Source: Acidobacteriota bacterium
Lineage (GTDB): Bacteria > Acidobacteriota > Aminicenantia > UBA2199
NCBI GenBank assembly: GCA_025456205.1
Contig: JALOLA010000006.1
Span: forward strand, 10,713 to 74,712
Length of the DNA stretch: 64,000 nt
Direction: 5' to 3'
Part shown: positions 22,240-31,777 of the stretch, piece after piece
How positions within the stretch are numbered: position 1 is the stretch's first letter
How the letters are laid out: every line of letters starts with the position of its first letter
Position numbers and translations under genes: made by a program
Notes under the pieces: model-generated
What the model was told of the DNA's origin: nothing
Seen by the model: the letters and a program-made list of their open reading frames with translations, nothing else
Databases searched by the model: none

Positions 22240-23226
22240 TCACTGCTGGGGTTTTTGGAAAACAGCGAGAACATAGTCGCTGGAGATCTCGCCGCTGGCC
22301 ATGAGCTGGTCTTCCCTGGCGAAGCATGCGCTCAGGATCCCGCTGGCGGTTTCGTCCTCCTGCAGGTAGTGGTGGGCGATGCCGTGAAACACCAAACAGG
22401 AGAGGGTGCCGCCCTTCTCCCTGATCTCCAGCGGCAGGAACATTTCCTTGAGCAACGGCAGGATGAGCGAGGATTCGGCCGCCTCGGAGGGATCGGCCAG
22501 CAGCATGCGCAGACGCCCCGGGGCATCGATCCTTTTCTTGACCCTGCCGTCCTCCCAGCGCCGCCGGTAGGCCTCCGGGATCGCGCCCAGCAGTTCATTG
22601 GCCGCCCGCAGCTGTTGCCGTGTCCATTGGAAGCGGGAGGGGCCGACGAACTCGTTGATGACCAGCAGGCCGCCGGGCTTGAGCATGTCCCGTATCCCTG
22701 CCAGCGCCCGGCGCATGGGATAGAAGTGATGGAGCGCTCCTTCGGTGATCACCAGGTCGTAGGCGCCGGCCACGGCCATGGAGCCCATGTTGCCCACCTG
22801 GAAGTTCAGGATGCCCTCCAGGCCTTCTTTCCCGGCCGCCTGGCGCGCAACGTCGATGCGCGGCGCCGAAAGGTCGCAGGCGTCGATGCGCCGGAAGAGG
22901 CCGGTGCGGGCCCAGCGCATCTCGTTGCCGCCGCAGCCGCAGCCGGGAGAGAATGCGGTCAGCCCCGCCTTTTCCTGCAGAAAGCGGCGGCGGATGTATT
23001 CGACATGGTCGATCCCTCCGTCCCCGGAGATCCTCTGGTTCCAGCGCCGCCGCAACTGGGGGATGTTCCAGGCGTTCAGCGGCGGTCCCTGGGTGTGCTG
23101 CCAGGCGCAACGGGTCCGCTCGCGGGCGTTGCGCCCCACCTGCCGCAGGGCCCGGCGCCACTCGCCATGCATGAGCTTGTCCCAGAGCCGCAGCAGGTCG
23201 TGGAAGCCGATCCAGTTATTAAACAT
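22240..23226 (-). CDS. Class I SAM-dependent methyltransferase
   Basis: SPGCGCG, ALHH, LKPGG, EFVGPSRFQW, DPSEA. Confidence 0.85.
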   Translation of the reverse strand: MFNNWIGFHDLLRLWDKLMHGEWRRALRQVGRNARERTRCAWQHTQGPPLNAWNIPQLRRRWNQRISGDGGIDHVEYIRRRFLQEKAGLTAFSPGCGCGGNEMRWARTGLFRRIDACDLSAPRIDVARQAAGKEGLEGILNFQVGNMGSMAVAGAYDLVITEGALHHFYPMRRALAGIRDMLKPGGLLVINEFVGPSRFQWTRQQLRAANELLGAIPEAYRRRWEDGRVKKRIDAPGRLRMLLADPSEAAESSLILPLLKEMFLPLEIREKGGTLSCLVFHGIAHHYLQEDETASGILSACFAREDQLMASGEISSDYVLAVFQKPQQ

Positions 23227-23371
23227 TACCCTAATATACTAACAAAACGAGAAATCATTGGCAAACAGCCCTGAAGATGCCCGGCGACAAAAAATGTCAC
23301 TTTGAATGACTTTTATTGGCACAAATACTGGCAGCGCCGGCCAAGGTGGCGGGATAATCAGGGTATACGCT

Positions 23372-23387
23372 TGGCATTAAAATTGCT
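23372..23387 (+). promoter_or_regulatory. sigma54 (-24/-12) promoter of pilin 1
   Basis: TGGCATT-AAAA-TTGCT 30 nt before the ATG. Confidence 0.75.
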
Positions 23388-23417
23388 TCATTATATTGAA
23401 TCCTTAAGGAGGTTTTC

Positions 23418-23885
23418 ATGAACAAAAAAGGTTTTACGCTCATCGAATTGCTGATCGTCGTTGCCATCATCGGCATCATCGCCGCGATCGCAATTCCCAA
23501 CCTTCTGGTTGCCCTGCAGAAAGGCAAACAGAAAGCGACCATGGGTGACATGAAGTCGATCGGCAGTTCCATCGAATCCTACATCACCGACTGGTCGTTT
23601 GCTCCCCAGATAGGTGCAGGTCCCATTTCTGCTCTCGCGGCTAACTGGTTCCAGCCCTTCTACATCAAGATCCTGCCGCAAACCGATGGCTGGGGTACGG
23701 TGTTTCAGTATGATAACAGCGATATCGCTGTTGGCGGCGACTTGTATTCGGTCATTTCCTATGGCCGTGACAAGGGTGACTCCGGCACGACCGGCCTGTA
23801 CAACGTCGCTTCTCTTTCCGATTTCAACAACGACATCTACTTCTCCAACGGCATCTACACCGTAGGTCCGCAGGTCAAGAGATAA
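23418..23885 (+). CDS. Type IV pilin / GspG-like prepilin 1
   Basis: KKG|FTLIE class III signal peptide; DGWG...Y.V.SYGRD GspG-like head; AAGGAGG SD. Confidence 0.9.
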   Translation: MNKKGFTLIELLIVVAIIGIIAAIAIPNLLVALQKGKQKATMGDMKSIGSSIESYITDWSFAPQIGAGPISALAANWFQPFYIKILPQTDGWGTVFQYDNSDIAVGGDLYSVISYGRDKGDSGTTGLYNVASLSDFNNDIYFSNGIYTVGPQVKR

Positions 23886-23904
23886 CCACCCTGGACCGGT
23901 TCAG

Positions 23905-23943
23905 CAAAAGCGGCTGGAAGCTCATTCCGGCCGCTTTTTTTTT
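23905..23943 (+). terminator. Intrinsic terminator after pilin 1
   Basis: AAAAGCGGCTGGAA-gctca-TTCCGGCCGC followed by a T run. Confidence 0.8.
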
Positions 23944-23944
23944 A

Positions 23945-25348
23945 TTGCTGAATTTTTCGGTGAGCGAGGCCAGGGGGCTGTTTTTTTCGCGCCTGGCCTT
24001 TTTCTCCCTTTTGCTGGCCTTGTTCGCGCTCTGCCGCCGCGTGCCGCTGGAAAGGATCCTGGCCCCGATCAGCGGCGGCATCGCCCTGATCCTGTTCACC
24101 TACGGCATCATCCAGAAATTCCTCATTTTCCCCATGATCCTGGAACAGCTCGCCGCCGGGCCTTCCTTTTATGCCCATGCACTGCGCGTACGCGTCGCCT
24201 CAGGGAGGATTTTCTCCATATTCCCGCTGCCCACTCTCTATGCCATGGTGTGCGGACTGTTGTTGATTTTTATCATTCATTTCCTTTACCTTTCCCGGGG
24301 GGTGGCGCGGTTGTTCTGGGGAGGGTTGTTCATCCTTGGCGCCTTCAACCTGGTCCTGACCCAGTCTTTCGGCGGCATTCTTTTTTTCACGGTCGGCGTC
24401 CTGTTTTATCTTTTCACCCTGCGCAAGTTCAGCGCCAGGCTCCTGGCGCCCCTGCTCATGCTCCTGGCCCTCGTCCTTTTCCTGGTCACAGCCCTGCGTT
24501 TTTCCGATGCCCGGGAATTGACCCCGGCCAGGCTGCGCTTCGCCAACTGGGCGCAGGCCGGCCGCCTGATCGCCCAGTCCCCATTGCTGGGCGTGGGGCT
24601 GGGCAATTATGAAACTTCGATCACCCCCCTGGTGCGTCCCGACGAGCCCCCATCCATTTACGCCCATAATTTTTTCCTGCAGATGGCCGCCGAGACGGGG
24701 GTGCCCATGTTCCTCCTGCTGGCCGGCCTATGCCTGCCCTGGCTGAAGGCCAACCTGCCCCGCTTCGTGAAGCCCGAGAACGCGCTGTTCGCGGCGGCCT
24801 GCGTCCTGCTCCTGTTCTTCAACCTGTTCGATGTGGGCAACTACTTTTTCGCGGCCGGGATCAGCTTCGCGGTGGTTTTTTCCCAGGTCGCCCGCAGCGA
24901 AGCCCGGATAAGGCCCTTTCATGTCGTTGCCGTTTCCCTGCTGGCTGTGGTGCTGCTGCTCCAGGCCACTGCCGCGGGCCGGCAGCGGGCCGGCGATGTA
25001 GCGCTCCACCGCAATGAAGCCCAGCGGGCGGAAAACCTCTACCGCGCTTCCCTGAAGCTCGATCCCTTTTCTTATCGGCCTTGGCTCGGTCTGGCGCAGA
25101 TCGCCTGGGAGAAGAACGATATTGCCGCCGTGGAGGCGCACCTGGCGCATGTCCTGCGCATCCATCCCGGCCAGGCGTTCGCCAATTACCGCGTTTCACA
25201 GATCGCCCAGCGCCGCGGCGCCTACCTGACCGCCCTGGCGCACGCCCGCCGGGCGGCCCTCGCCAACAAGAGGAACAGTGAGTACCAGAGGTGGCATGAC
25301 CATATTCAAGGCAATCTCGCCCAGCAGCCAGCGCTTTCAGGAAATTGA
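23945..25348 (+). CDS. O-antigen ligase (Wzy_C)/oligosaccharyltransferase-like membrane protein with TPR-like C-terminus
   Basis: LTQSFGG, R..NW, GVGLGNY, YAHNFFLQ..AETG; the true start may be CTG 23891. Confidence 0.8.
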   Translation: MLNFSVSEARGLFFSRLAFFSLLLALFALCRRVPLERILAPISGGIALILFTYGIIQKFLIFPMILEQLAAGPSFYAHALRVRVASGRIFSIFPLPTLYAMVCGLLLIFIIHFLYLSRGVARLFWGGLFILGAFNLVLTQSFGGILFFTVGVLFYLFTLRKFSARLLAPLLMLLALVLFLVTALRFSDARELTPARLRFANWAQAGRLIAQSPLLGVGLGNYETSITPLVRPDEPPSIYAHNFFLQMAAETGVPMFLLLAGLCLPWLKANLPRFVKPENALFAAACVLLLFFNLFDVGNYFFAAGISFAVVFSQVARSEARIRPFHVVAVSLLAVVLLLQATAAGRQRAGDVALHRNEAQRAENLYRASLKLDPFSYRPWLGLAQIAWEKNDIAAVEAHLAHVLRIHPGQAFANYRVSQIAQRRGAYLTALAHARRAALANKRNSEYQRWHDHIQGNLAQQPALSGN

Positions 25349-27119
25349 GTTTTCCCTCCTCCTGGGCTGGGCCCTGCTGTACCCCGCCAAGATAGGGCAT
25401 TCCTATTATTTCGGGTTCATGTGCCTGCTGGCCGCTTTTGCGCTGACAAAGGCGTTCGCCCTGAAGAATATCGCCCTTAATCGCTTTTCCCTGTTTCTCC
25501 TGGCCTGCAATTCCGTTTTCATCTTCGCCGCTTATTTTTCCCCCTATCCGTACAGATCACTCCTTTTTGTCGCCGATATCGTGATGCTCTCGCTCTGGGC
25601 CGTTCTTCTCTTCCTGGAAAGGAGTGATACCGGGCGCTACCTGCGCCTGGCGGCGTGGATCATCTCCATTTCTTCGCTGGCAGTGACAATAGCCTTTGCC
25701 CTGCGGGGCGGGATGCTGCCGGCATCGCCCTGCTTCAGGAACCCCATCCTGCAGGGCATCGCCTCGGCAATGGCCGTGCTGGTCTTCCTTCATGCCCTGT
25801 TGAAGCGCTACCGCCATGCCGATGCTTCCCTGCTGGCGCTCAACCTGGCCGCCGTGGTCATCAGCGTCTCCAAGGCGGCTTTTCTGGGCCTGGCCGTCTT
25901 CGCCGCGGCCATGGTCCTCCATTCGCGGCGCCGCTGGCTGCCCTGGCTGGGCGCCCTGCTGCTTCTCCTGGCGCTGGTCCCCAATCCCCTGCGGCGCGCG
26001 GTGACCCATTCCCTGAGCCACGACCCCTATGTTTTCGATCGCCTGGACATCTGGAGCATGTCGGCGCGCATGTATCGCGATGAGCCGCTGACCGGCATCG
26101 GCCCCGACCTCTTCAGCGCCGCGGCGCCGCGCTTCAATTTCGCCCAGGACAAGGGGGCGTCGCGCTATGGCAAGGTCCCGGAATCGCCGCACAGCGACTT
26201 CTGGAAGGTCATCGTCGAAAACGGGCTGCCCGGGCTGCTCATGGTACTGGCCGGGCTGTTCCTCGCCATCCGCGCCATGCTCTCGCCGTCCTGGTTCGAG
26301 CTGCCCAGGTTGCTGCTGGCGTTCCTGCTGGCCCAGATGCTGCTCTTCAATTTTGTCTTCAACCCGTTTTTTCTGCTGCTCTTCTTCCTGCTCCTGCGCG
26401 ATCTTCTGCCGGCCAGGCAGAGGTTCGTCTCTCCGTCTCCCCTGGCGCGGCTCGCTTTCGCGCTCCTGCTCCTGTTCGCGCTGGTCGTGCTGTACCTGTG
26501 CCCCCTGGTCGCGGATCGCTGCCTCGAAAAGGCGGCGGCGGAGACGGACATCGCGCGCCGCTTCGCCCTGCTGCAGCAGGCGGAATTGTTCAGCCCGCTG
26601 GCGGAACGGCCGCCCCTGGCCAAGGCCGAGGTCCTGCGCGTCTTTGCCGCCAGGACCGGGAACATCGGGGCCTGGGCCGATGCCCTGGAGAGCGCGCGCC
26701 GCGGCCAGCGCCTGAACCGCTACGGCATCGATGCCCTGGTCGCGGAATCCACCCTGCTGCGGGAGTTCTTGGGGGAAAGGGTCCGCTACCCGGCCCTGGG
26801 AGAAGAGATCCTGGCGCCGTTGCGCCGCGCCGAAAAGCTCAACCCCTTCAATCCGTTCATCCGCCTGCAGCAGGCCGCTGTATTGCGCGAGTTCGGCCGC
26901 ACCGCCGAGGCCCGCCGGCTGGCGCAGGCAGCGCTGGACCTGGAGCCGGATTACGCGGCAGCGCTCGTGTTCCGGCACGAATTGGCCGGGCTCGCGGCGG
27001 ATGACCCGGCGCTGCAACAGCGGCTCGCTGCGATCCGGGAAAAGGGAAAGCGCCTGCGTAGCCGCCCCGGTTCTTACCTGTTCAACCTCTACCGGCTGCC
27101 GGAGGGGAGCGGACGATGA
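25296..27119 (+). CDS. Second O-antigen ligase (Wzy_C)/OTase-like membrane protein with TPR-like C-terminus
   Basis: SKAAFLG, RLDIW, GIGPDLF, PHSDFW...ENG; GAGGTGG before ATG 25296. Confidence 0.8.
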   Translation: MTIFKAISPSSQRFQEIEFSLLLGWALLYPAKIGHSYYFGFMCLLAAFALTKAFALKNIALNRFSLFLLACNSVFIFAAYFSPYPYRSLLFVADIVMLSLWAVLLFLERSDTGRYLRLAAWIISISSLAVTIAFALRGGMLPASPCFRNPILQGIASAMAVLVFLHALLKRYRHADASLLALNLAAVVISVSKAAFLGLAVFAAAMVLHSRRRWLPWLGALLLLLALVPNPLRRAVTHSLSHDPYVFDRLDIWSMSARMYRDEPLTGIGPDLFSAAAPRFNFAQDKGASRYGKVPESPHSDFWKVIVENGLPGLLMVLAGLFLAIRAMLSPSWFELPRLLLAFLLAQMLLFNFVFNPFFLLLFFLLLRDLLPARQRFVSPSPLARLAFALLLLFALVVLYLCPLVADRCLEKAAAETDIARRFALLQQAELFSPLAERPPLAKAEVLRVFAARTGNIGAWADALESARRGQRLNRYGIDALVAESTLLREFLGERVRYPALGEEILAPLRRAEKLNPFNPFIRLQQAAVLREFGRTAEARRLAQAALDLEPDYAAALVFRHELAGLAADDPALQQRLAAIREKGKRLRSRPGSYLFNLYRLPEGSGR

Positions 27120-27143
27120 TCCGGGCACGGCAAGGCGGGGGTT

Positions 27144-27159
27144 TGGCAGGAATTATGCT
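27144..27159 (+). promoter_or_regulatory. sigma54 (-24/-12) promoter of pilin 2
   Basis: TGGCAGG-AATT-ATGCT 30 nt before the ATG. Confidence 0.65.
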
Positions 27160-27189
27160 TAATAAATCATGGATGCATAGGGGGTCCCG

Positions 27190-27657
27190 ATGAAGACTAA
27201 AGGTTTTACTCTGATCGAGTTGCTGATCGTCGTTGCGATCATAGGGATAATTGCCGCTATAGCTATCCCCAATCTTTTGGTGGCTATGCAAAAAGGACGC
27301 CAGAAGTCCACCATGGCCGACATGACCTCGATCGGGGGCGCCATCGAATCCTACCTGGTCGACTGGGCCATCGCCCCCGCCTCCGGGGCCACCGATGTCA
27401 CGGCTTTGAACCAGAGCTGGTTCTGCCCTTTCTACATCAAGCTTTTCCCCTTGCAGGACGGCTGGAACACCACCTTCGCCTACCAGGCCGGGGAAGGGAT
27501 GGATTTCGATTTCTACTCGGTGATGTCCTGGGGGAAGAACAAATTCGATGACGGCATGGCGGCCGGTGAATACCCGGTTCTGACTTTATCCGACTTCAAC
27601 AACGATCTCATTTATTGCAATGGCCGCTTCACCTTGTCGCCCATCGTTAAGAGATAG
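27190..27657 (+). CDS. Type IV pilin / GspG-like prepilin 2 (paralog of pilin 1)
   Basis: KG|FTLIE; 29 residues identical to pilin 1 at the N-terminus; same length and shared LSDFNND motif. Confidence 0.9.
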   Translation: MKTKGFTLIELLIVVAIIGIIAAIAIPNLLVAMQKGRQKSTMADMTSIGGAIESYLVDWAIAPASGATDVTALNQSWFCPFYIKLFPLQDGWNTTFAYQAGEGMDFDFYSVMSWGKNKFDDGMAAGEYPVLTLSDFNNDLIYCNGRFTLSPIVKR

Positions 27658-27721
27658 CGATTAAAAAAAGTCGCCCTGGCGGGTGGTCCGGCGCGCCCGT
27701 TGGTTTCGCTACCGCCGCTGG

Positions 27722-28399
27722 TCAGTCGATCTCGGCCTCCAAACGAACGAAAATATAGGGCGAGCGATAGTCGTTGGTGCGGATCTTGACCATGTTGTTG
27801 AACGTCCCTTTTTCGAACGGGGTGAAGGTGAGGATGATCTCGGTGCTCTGCCTGGCACCGACGGCGTTGGTCTTGAAGGCCAGCGACACTTCCGGGCTGC
27901 TGCTCACCTCGAGGATGCGCAGGTCGAGGTTGCCGAGGTTGCTCAGGTTGAGCTTGCGCACGTAGGCCTTGCCGCTGGCGACTGCACCGAAGGGGATGTG
28001 GCCGGGCTTCATGTCGGCCTGGGCGAAGTCCTTGACGAAGACGGTGCCGCTGACGGCCAGGCGCGTCTCCGCCATGTCGGGGTCGTTGCTGTTGACGGTG
28101 ATGGTCTTGATGACCTTGCCGTTGTAGCCGCTGGTGTTGAACTTGCCCGCGATCGTCCCTTTCTCGCCGGGCTTGTATTCCTTCTTGGCCAGCGCCGCCG
28201 TGGTGCAGCCGCAGGCCGGGATGATGTTCTTGATGATCAGCACCTCGTCGCCGCTGTTCTCGAATTCGAAAACGATGTCGATGGTCTTGCCGCTGGCCAC
28301 CTGCCCGAAATCGAAGGTGGTGCTCTTGAACTTGATGGCCGGCTTGGCGAACAGGGCGGTGGAAGCCAGTAAGAGAGCGATGATCATGATCTTTTTCAT
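27722..28399 (-). CDS. Secreted protein with two DUF1573-like Ig domains
   Basis: Signal peptide; FDFG...FEFENSG..L.I...PACGCT motif repeated degenerately; ATG 28399. Confidence 0.8.
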   Translation of the reverse strand: MKKIMIIALLLASTALFAKPAIKFKSTTFDFGQVASGKTIDIVFEFENSGDEVLIIKNIIPACGCTTAALAKKEYKPGEKGTIAGKFNTSGYNGKVIKTITVNSNDPDMAETRLAVSGTVFVKDFAQADMKPGHIPFGAVASGKAYVRKLNLSNLGNLDLRILEVSSSPEVSLAFKTNAVGARQSTEIILTFTPFEKGTFNNMVKIRTNDYRSPYIFVRLEAEID

Positions 28400-29418
28400 T
28401 TTTCCTCCATTTTTGCGATCTTTTTCTCGAGCAGCCGCAATTTTTCCCGCATGGCCGCCAGGTTCCTGGCCAGGACCATGTTCTTGCGCCATTCGCCGAT
28501 CTCCTGGTGTGGGATGCCGGCAACGATCGTCCTGGACTTGATCGTGCCGGTGACGCCCGACTTGGCGGCGATCATCACGCCGTCGGCGATGCGGATATGG
28601 TCGGCGACGCCGACCTGGCCGCCCATGATCACCTGGGCGCCGACGTGCGTCGAGCCGGAGATGCCGGTCTGCGCCGATATGGCGCTGTCGCGGCCGATGT
28701 GCACGTTGTGGCCTATCTGCACCAGGTTGTCCAGCTTGACATTGTCCTCCAGCACCGTCTCCTCGATGGTCGAGCGGTCGATGCAGGTGTTGGCGCCGAT
28801 CTCGCAGCCGTTGCCGATGATCACCCGGCCCACCTGCGGCACCTTCACCGCGGCGCCCTCGGCGGTGCGCCCGAAGCCGAAGCCGTCGGCGCCGATGACC
28901 GCGCCGGGGTGGATGATGACGTTGTCGCCGATCGCCACGTTCTCGCGGATGACGGCATTGGCGTAGATGAGGCAATCGCGGCCGATGACCACGTCGTGGT
29001 AAATGACCGCGCCGGAATGGATCTCGCTGCCGGCGCCGACGCGGCTGCGCTCGCCGACGAAGGCGCAGGGACCGATGCTGACGCCGGCGCCCATCTCGGC
29101 CGTGGCGGCGACGCAGGCGCTGGCGGCGATCCCCTGCCAGAAGGGGCGCCGCGGATGGAAATGGGCCAGCAGGCGGGCGAAGGCCAGGTGCGGGTCGGCG
29201 ACAAGGACGAGGTTGGCGTAGGCGATGGAGCTGTCCGCGGCCACGATCAGCGCCCCGGCGCGCAGCGCGGAAACGTCCGCGTCCGCGCGGCCCCTGGCGA
29301 CAAAAGCGATATCGTGCGGCCCGGCCCGGTGCAGGGCCTGGATGCCGCTGATTTCCAGGGCGCCGTCGCCCCGCCATTCACCGCCGACCAGGGCGGCGAT
29401 CTCTTTCAGTTCAGGCAT
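28396..29418 (-). CDS. lpxD: UDP-3-O-acylglucosamine N-acyltransferase
   Basis: [27 protein letters not shown], hexapeptide repeats. Confidence 0.95.
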   Translation of the reverse strand: MPELKEIAALVGGEWRGDGALEISGIQALHRAGPHDIAFVARGRADADVSALRAGALIVAADSSIAYANLVLVADPHLAFARLLAHFHPRRPFWQGIAASACVAATAEMGAGVSIGPCAFVGERSRVGAGSEIHSGAVIYHDVVIGRDCLIYANAVIRENVAIGDNVIIHPGAVIGADGFGFGRTAEGAAVKVPQVGRVIIGNGCEIGANTCIDRSTIEETVLEDNVKLDNLVQIGHNVHIGRDSAISAQTGISGSTHVGAQVIMGGQVGVADHIRIADGVMIAAKSGVTGTIKSRTIVAGIPHQEIGEWRKNMVLARNLAAMREKLRLLEKKIAKMEEK

Positions 29419-30280
29419 GTTCCTCCTTGTCGAGCAGGAAGGTCAGCTTGGCGCCATAGAGCATGATGCCCATGGTGACCTCCATCCAGAACCCGAAGAG
29501 GATGATGGCCACGATCGGGTCCTGCATCTTCTTCAGCAGCGAGATGTTCACCAGGTAATAGGTGTAGGCCCGCTTGACCAGTTCCCAGAGCAGGGCCGAG
29601 AACAGCGAGGCGACCAGCGCCGCCATGCCCCCGACCTTCTTTTCCGGTATCCACTTGAACAGGATATAGAAGAAGAGGAAGGTGATCAGGAAGGGCAGGA
29701 CGTACCTGACCAGGAAGCCGTTGACGGCGCGCACCACGGCGGGGTCGATCGGGGCCCGGGTGGCCAGGTCCTGTTCGACCATGGTGGTGATGGTCGAGGT
29801 CAGGCCGGTGGCCAGGAAGGAGGCCACGATCAGGATGACGACGATGAAGAGCAGGCCGAACTCCTTGAGGCGCTTGCCGAAAAACGCGCGCGTGATGTCG
29901 ATGAAGAACATGTCGTTGATGAACTGCACCATCTTCTTGAAGACCAGGATGCCCAGGAAGAGGAATAGGCCCAGGCCCAAGAGGCCCATGTCGCCGATGC
30001 GCGAGGTCAGGTCGGCGGCGTCCTGGAAGAACACCGGGGCGATCTGCTGGAAAAAATCGGGAGAGAACGGGTAGACGTTCTGCAGGGCGCTGTCCGCGGC
30101 GCCGAAGATGCCGGCGAACAGGTAGAAGAAGAAGATCAGCAGGAAGAACGAGGAAAAGATGGAGTAATAGGCCAGGATGGAGGCCTTGTCGATGCCGCCT
30201 TCACCCAGGAACTGCACCAGCGCCCTGCCCGTGCTCTTCAGCAGATTCCAGGGCGCCATGATGTTCGCTTTGCTCTTCAT
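29411..30280 (-). CDS. YihY/virulence factor BrkB family membrane protein
   Basis: [23 protein letters not shown] motifs. Confidence 0.8.
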   Translation of the reverse strand: MKSKANIMAPWNLLKSTGRALVQFLGEGGIDKASILAYYSIFSSFFLLIFFFYLFAGIFGAADSALQNVYPFSPDFFQQIAPVFFQDAADLTSRIGDMGLLGLGLFLFLGILVFKKMVQFINDMFFIDITRAFFGKRLKEFGLLFIVVILIVASFLATGLTSTITTMVEQDLATRAPIDPAVVRAVNGFLVRYVLPFLITFLFFYILFKWIPEKKVGGMAALVASLFSALLWELVKRAYTYYLVNISLLKKMQDPIVAIILFGFWMEVTMGIMLYGAKLTFLLDKEEHA

Positions 30281-30327
30281 CGGCCGCAGAGGGGGGAAGA
30301 CGCGCGCCTTCCCCTGTCAGGCACGGG

Positions 30328-30669
30328 CTACTTGACCGTGTAGTTGCCCCACTTGACGAAGAAGAGGATGAGGTCGATGAGCAGGACGTAGATGACCAGG
30401 GATTCCATCAGGGCCAGGGCGATGATCAGCAGGCCGCGGATGGAGTCGGCCGAGGCCGGGTTGCGGGCGATGTTGTCCGAGGCGGTGCAGAACGCCTTGG
30501 ACTGGCCGAGGATGCCGACAATGGCGGCCACGGTCAGGCAGACGCTGCCGATGAGGATGGTCCAGAAGAACAGCGACGTCACGGGCATGGTCTTGTCCGG
30601 GCTCTGGGCCGGCAGCGCCGCCGTCAGGGCGAGCAGTCCGGCGATGAGCAGCAGGGTTTTTTTACTCAT
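30328..30669 (-). CDS. atpE: ATP synthase F0 subunit c with N-terminal signal-like extension
   Basis: ARNP loop, ESLVIY carboxylate motif; follows atpB. Confidence 0.9.
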   Translation of the reverse strand: MSKKTLLLIAGLLALTAALPAQSPDKTMPVTSLFFWTILIGSVCLTVAAIVGILGQSKAFCTASDNIARNPASADSIRGLLIIALALMESLVIYVLLIDLILFFVKWGNYTVK

Positions 30670-30688
30670 GGTTGAGTCACTCCTTTTA

Positions 30689-31402
30689 TTAGTGTTCCGA
30701 AGCGATGGCGCCGGCCAGGTAGACCGACGACAGCATGATAAATATGTACGCTTGCAGAAGGGAAGTGAAGATGGCCATGGCCATCATGGGCAGCGGCGCC
30801 ACGAAAGGGACCAGCGACACGATGATGATGATCACCAGGTCCTCGCCGAAGATGTTGCAGAATAGACGGACGGTCAGGGACATGGGGCGGGAGAAGTGCG
30901 AGATGAACTCAATGGGGAAAAAAAGCCAGCTCAGCCACCATTTCGGACCGGCGAAGGTCTTCAGGTAGCCGAAAAAACCGTGCTTTTTCACGCCCTGGGC
31001 GTGGTAGTAGAGGAAAATGAAGATGGCGCATCCGGCCGGGACGTTCAGGTTGGCCGTGGGCGAGGCCATCTCCGGCAGCAGCCCCAGCAGGTTGCAGGAG
31101 GCGATGAACAGGCCCAGCGTGCCCAGCACCGGGATGAACTTTCGGCCCTCGTGGCCGATCATGTCGTCGACGGTGGAGCGGAAGAAAAGATAGATCGACT
31201 CCAGCATGGCCTGCATCCTGGCCGGGAACAGCGACAGGTTCTTGACGGTCAGCTTGAAGAACAGCACCAGGGCCAGGGTGGCGATGAAGGCCATGATGAC
31301 ATGGGCCGGCAGGGGGTCGCCATGGACGCGGATGCCGGCGAGGCCGGCAACCGAGCGCAGCAGCCCGTTGATCCAGACGGCGAACAGCGGGTTATGTTCC
31401 AT
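30689..31402 (-). CDS. atpB: ATP synthase F0 subunit a
   Basis: NLLGLLP, PTANLN, SRPMSLTVRLFCNI, LQAYIF. Confidence 0.95.
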   Translation of the reverse strand: MEHNPLFAVWINGLLRSVAGLAGIRVHGDPLPAHVIMAFIATLALVLFFKLTVKNLSLFPARMQAMLESIYLFFRSTVDDMIGHEGRKFIPVLGTLGLFIASCNLLGLLPEMASPTANLNVPAGCAIFIFLYYHAQGVKKHGFFGYLKTFAGPKWWLSWLFFPIEFISHFSRPMSLTVRLFCNIFGEDLVIIIIVSLVPFVAPLPMMAMAIFTSLLQAYIFIMLSSVYLAGAIASEH

Positions 31403-31777
31403 GACGGCCGCTGCCCGGCATCTGCCGCAGGCCGGCGCTGACGATGCCCAGGTAGATCATCGACAGTCCCTGGATGAGGAAGAGGACGCCCTTCCCGGCC
31501 ACGAGGCTGGCAGCGAAAAAGATCCCGGCGATGACCAGGAGTTTTGCCAAGCCCGTCATGAAGAACATCGTTTTTCCCTTGCCTTTTTCCAGGATCCGCT
31601 CAGCCTGCCGTACCAGTACGTGAAAACCAGCGATACCGGCGGCGGCGCCGGCAAGGGAAATTATACAATACTTGGCGTTTTTTGTAAAAAAAAAATAAGC
31701 AGCAGCGCCAGCGCCTCGGCGATGACCGTGTCGCGGACGATGCCGGCGGGCAGGCCGCGGCTATTTTTTTCCGTCAT
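31392..31777 (-). pseudogene. atpI: ATP synthase protein I (4-TM), frameshifted at a T10 homopolymer
   Basis: ATG 31777 to TAA 31392 spans 386 nt; one extra T in the run at 31686-31695 restores a 128-aa membrane protein (..LAKLLVIAGIFF..) overlapping the atpB start; absent from the ORF track. Confidence 0.7.
31660..31688 (-). promoter_or_regulatory. Internal sigma70 promoter within atpI directed at atpB-atpE
   Basis: TTTACA-N17-TATAAT in an AT-rich patch. Confidence 0.65.

Noticed and set aside
23418-27657. Electrically conductive (e-pilin) interpretation of the aromatic-rich pilins
   Set aside because: No aromatic residue between F1 and Y50 of the mature proteins; positions 24 and 27 are non-aromatic
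23418-27657. Pilin antigenic-variation (silent cassette or inversion) locus
   Set aside because: Both copies are complete, co-oriented, have their own promoters and differ at many synonymous sites; no recombinase nearby
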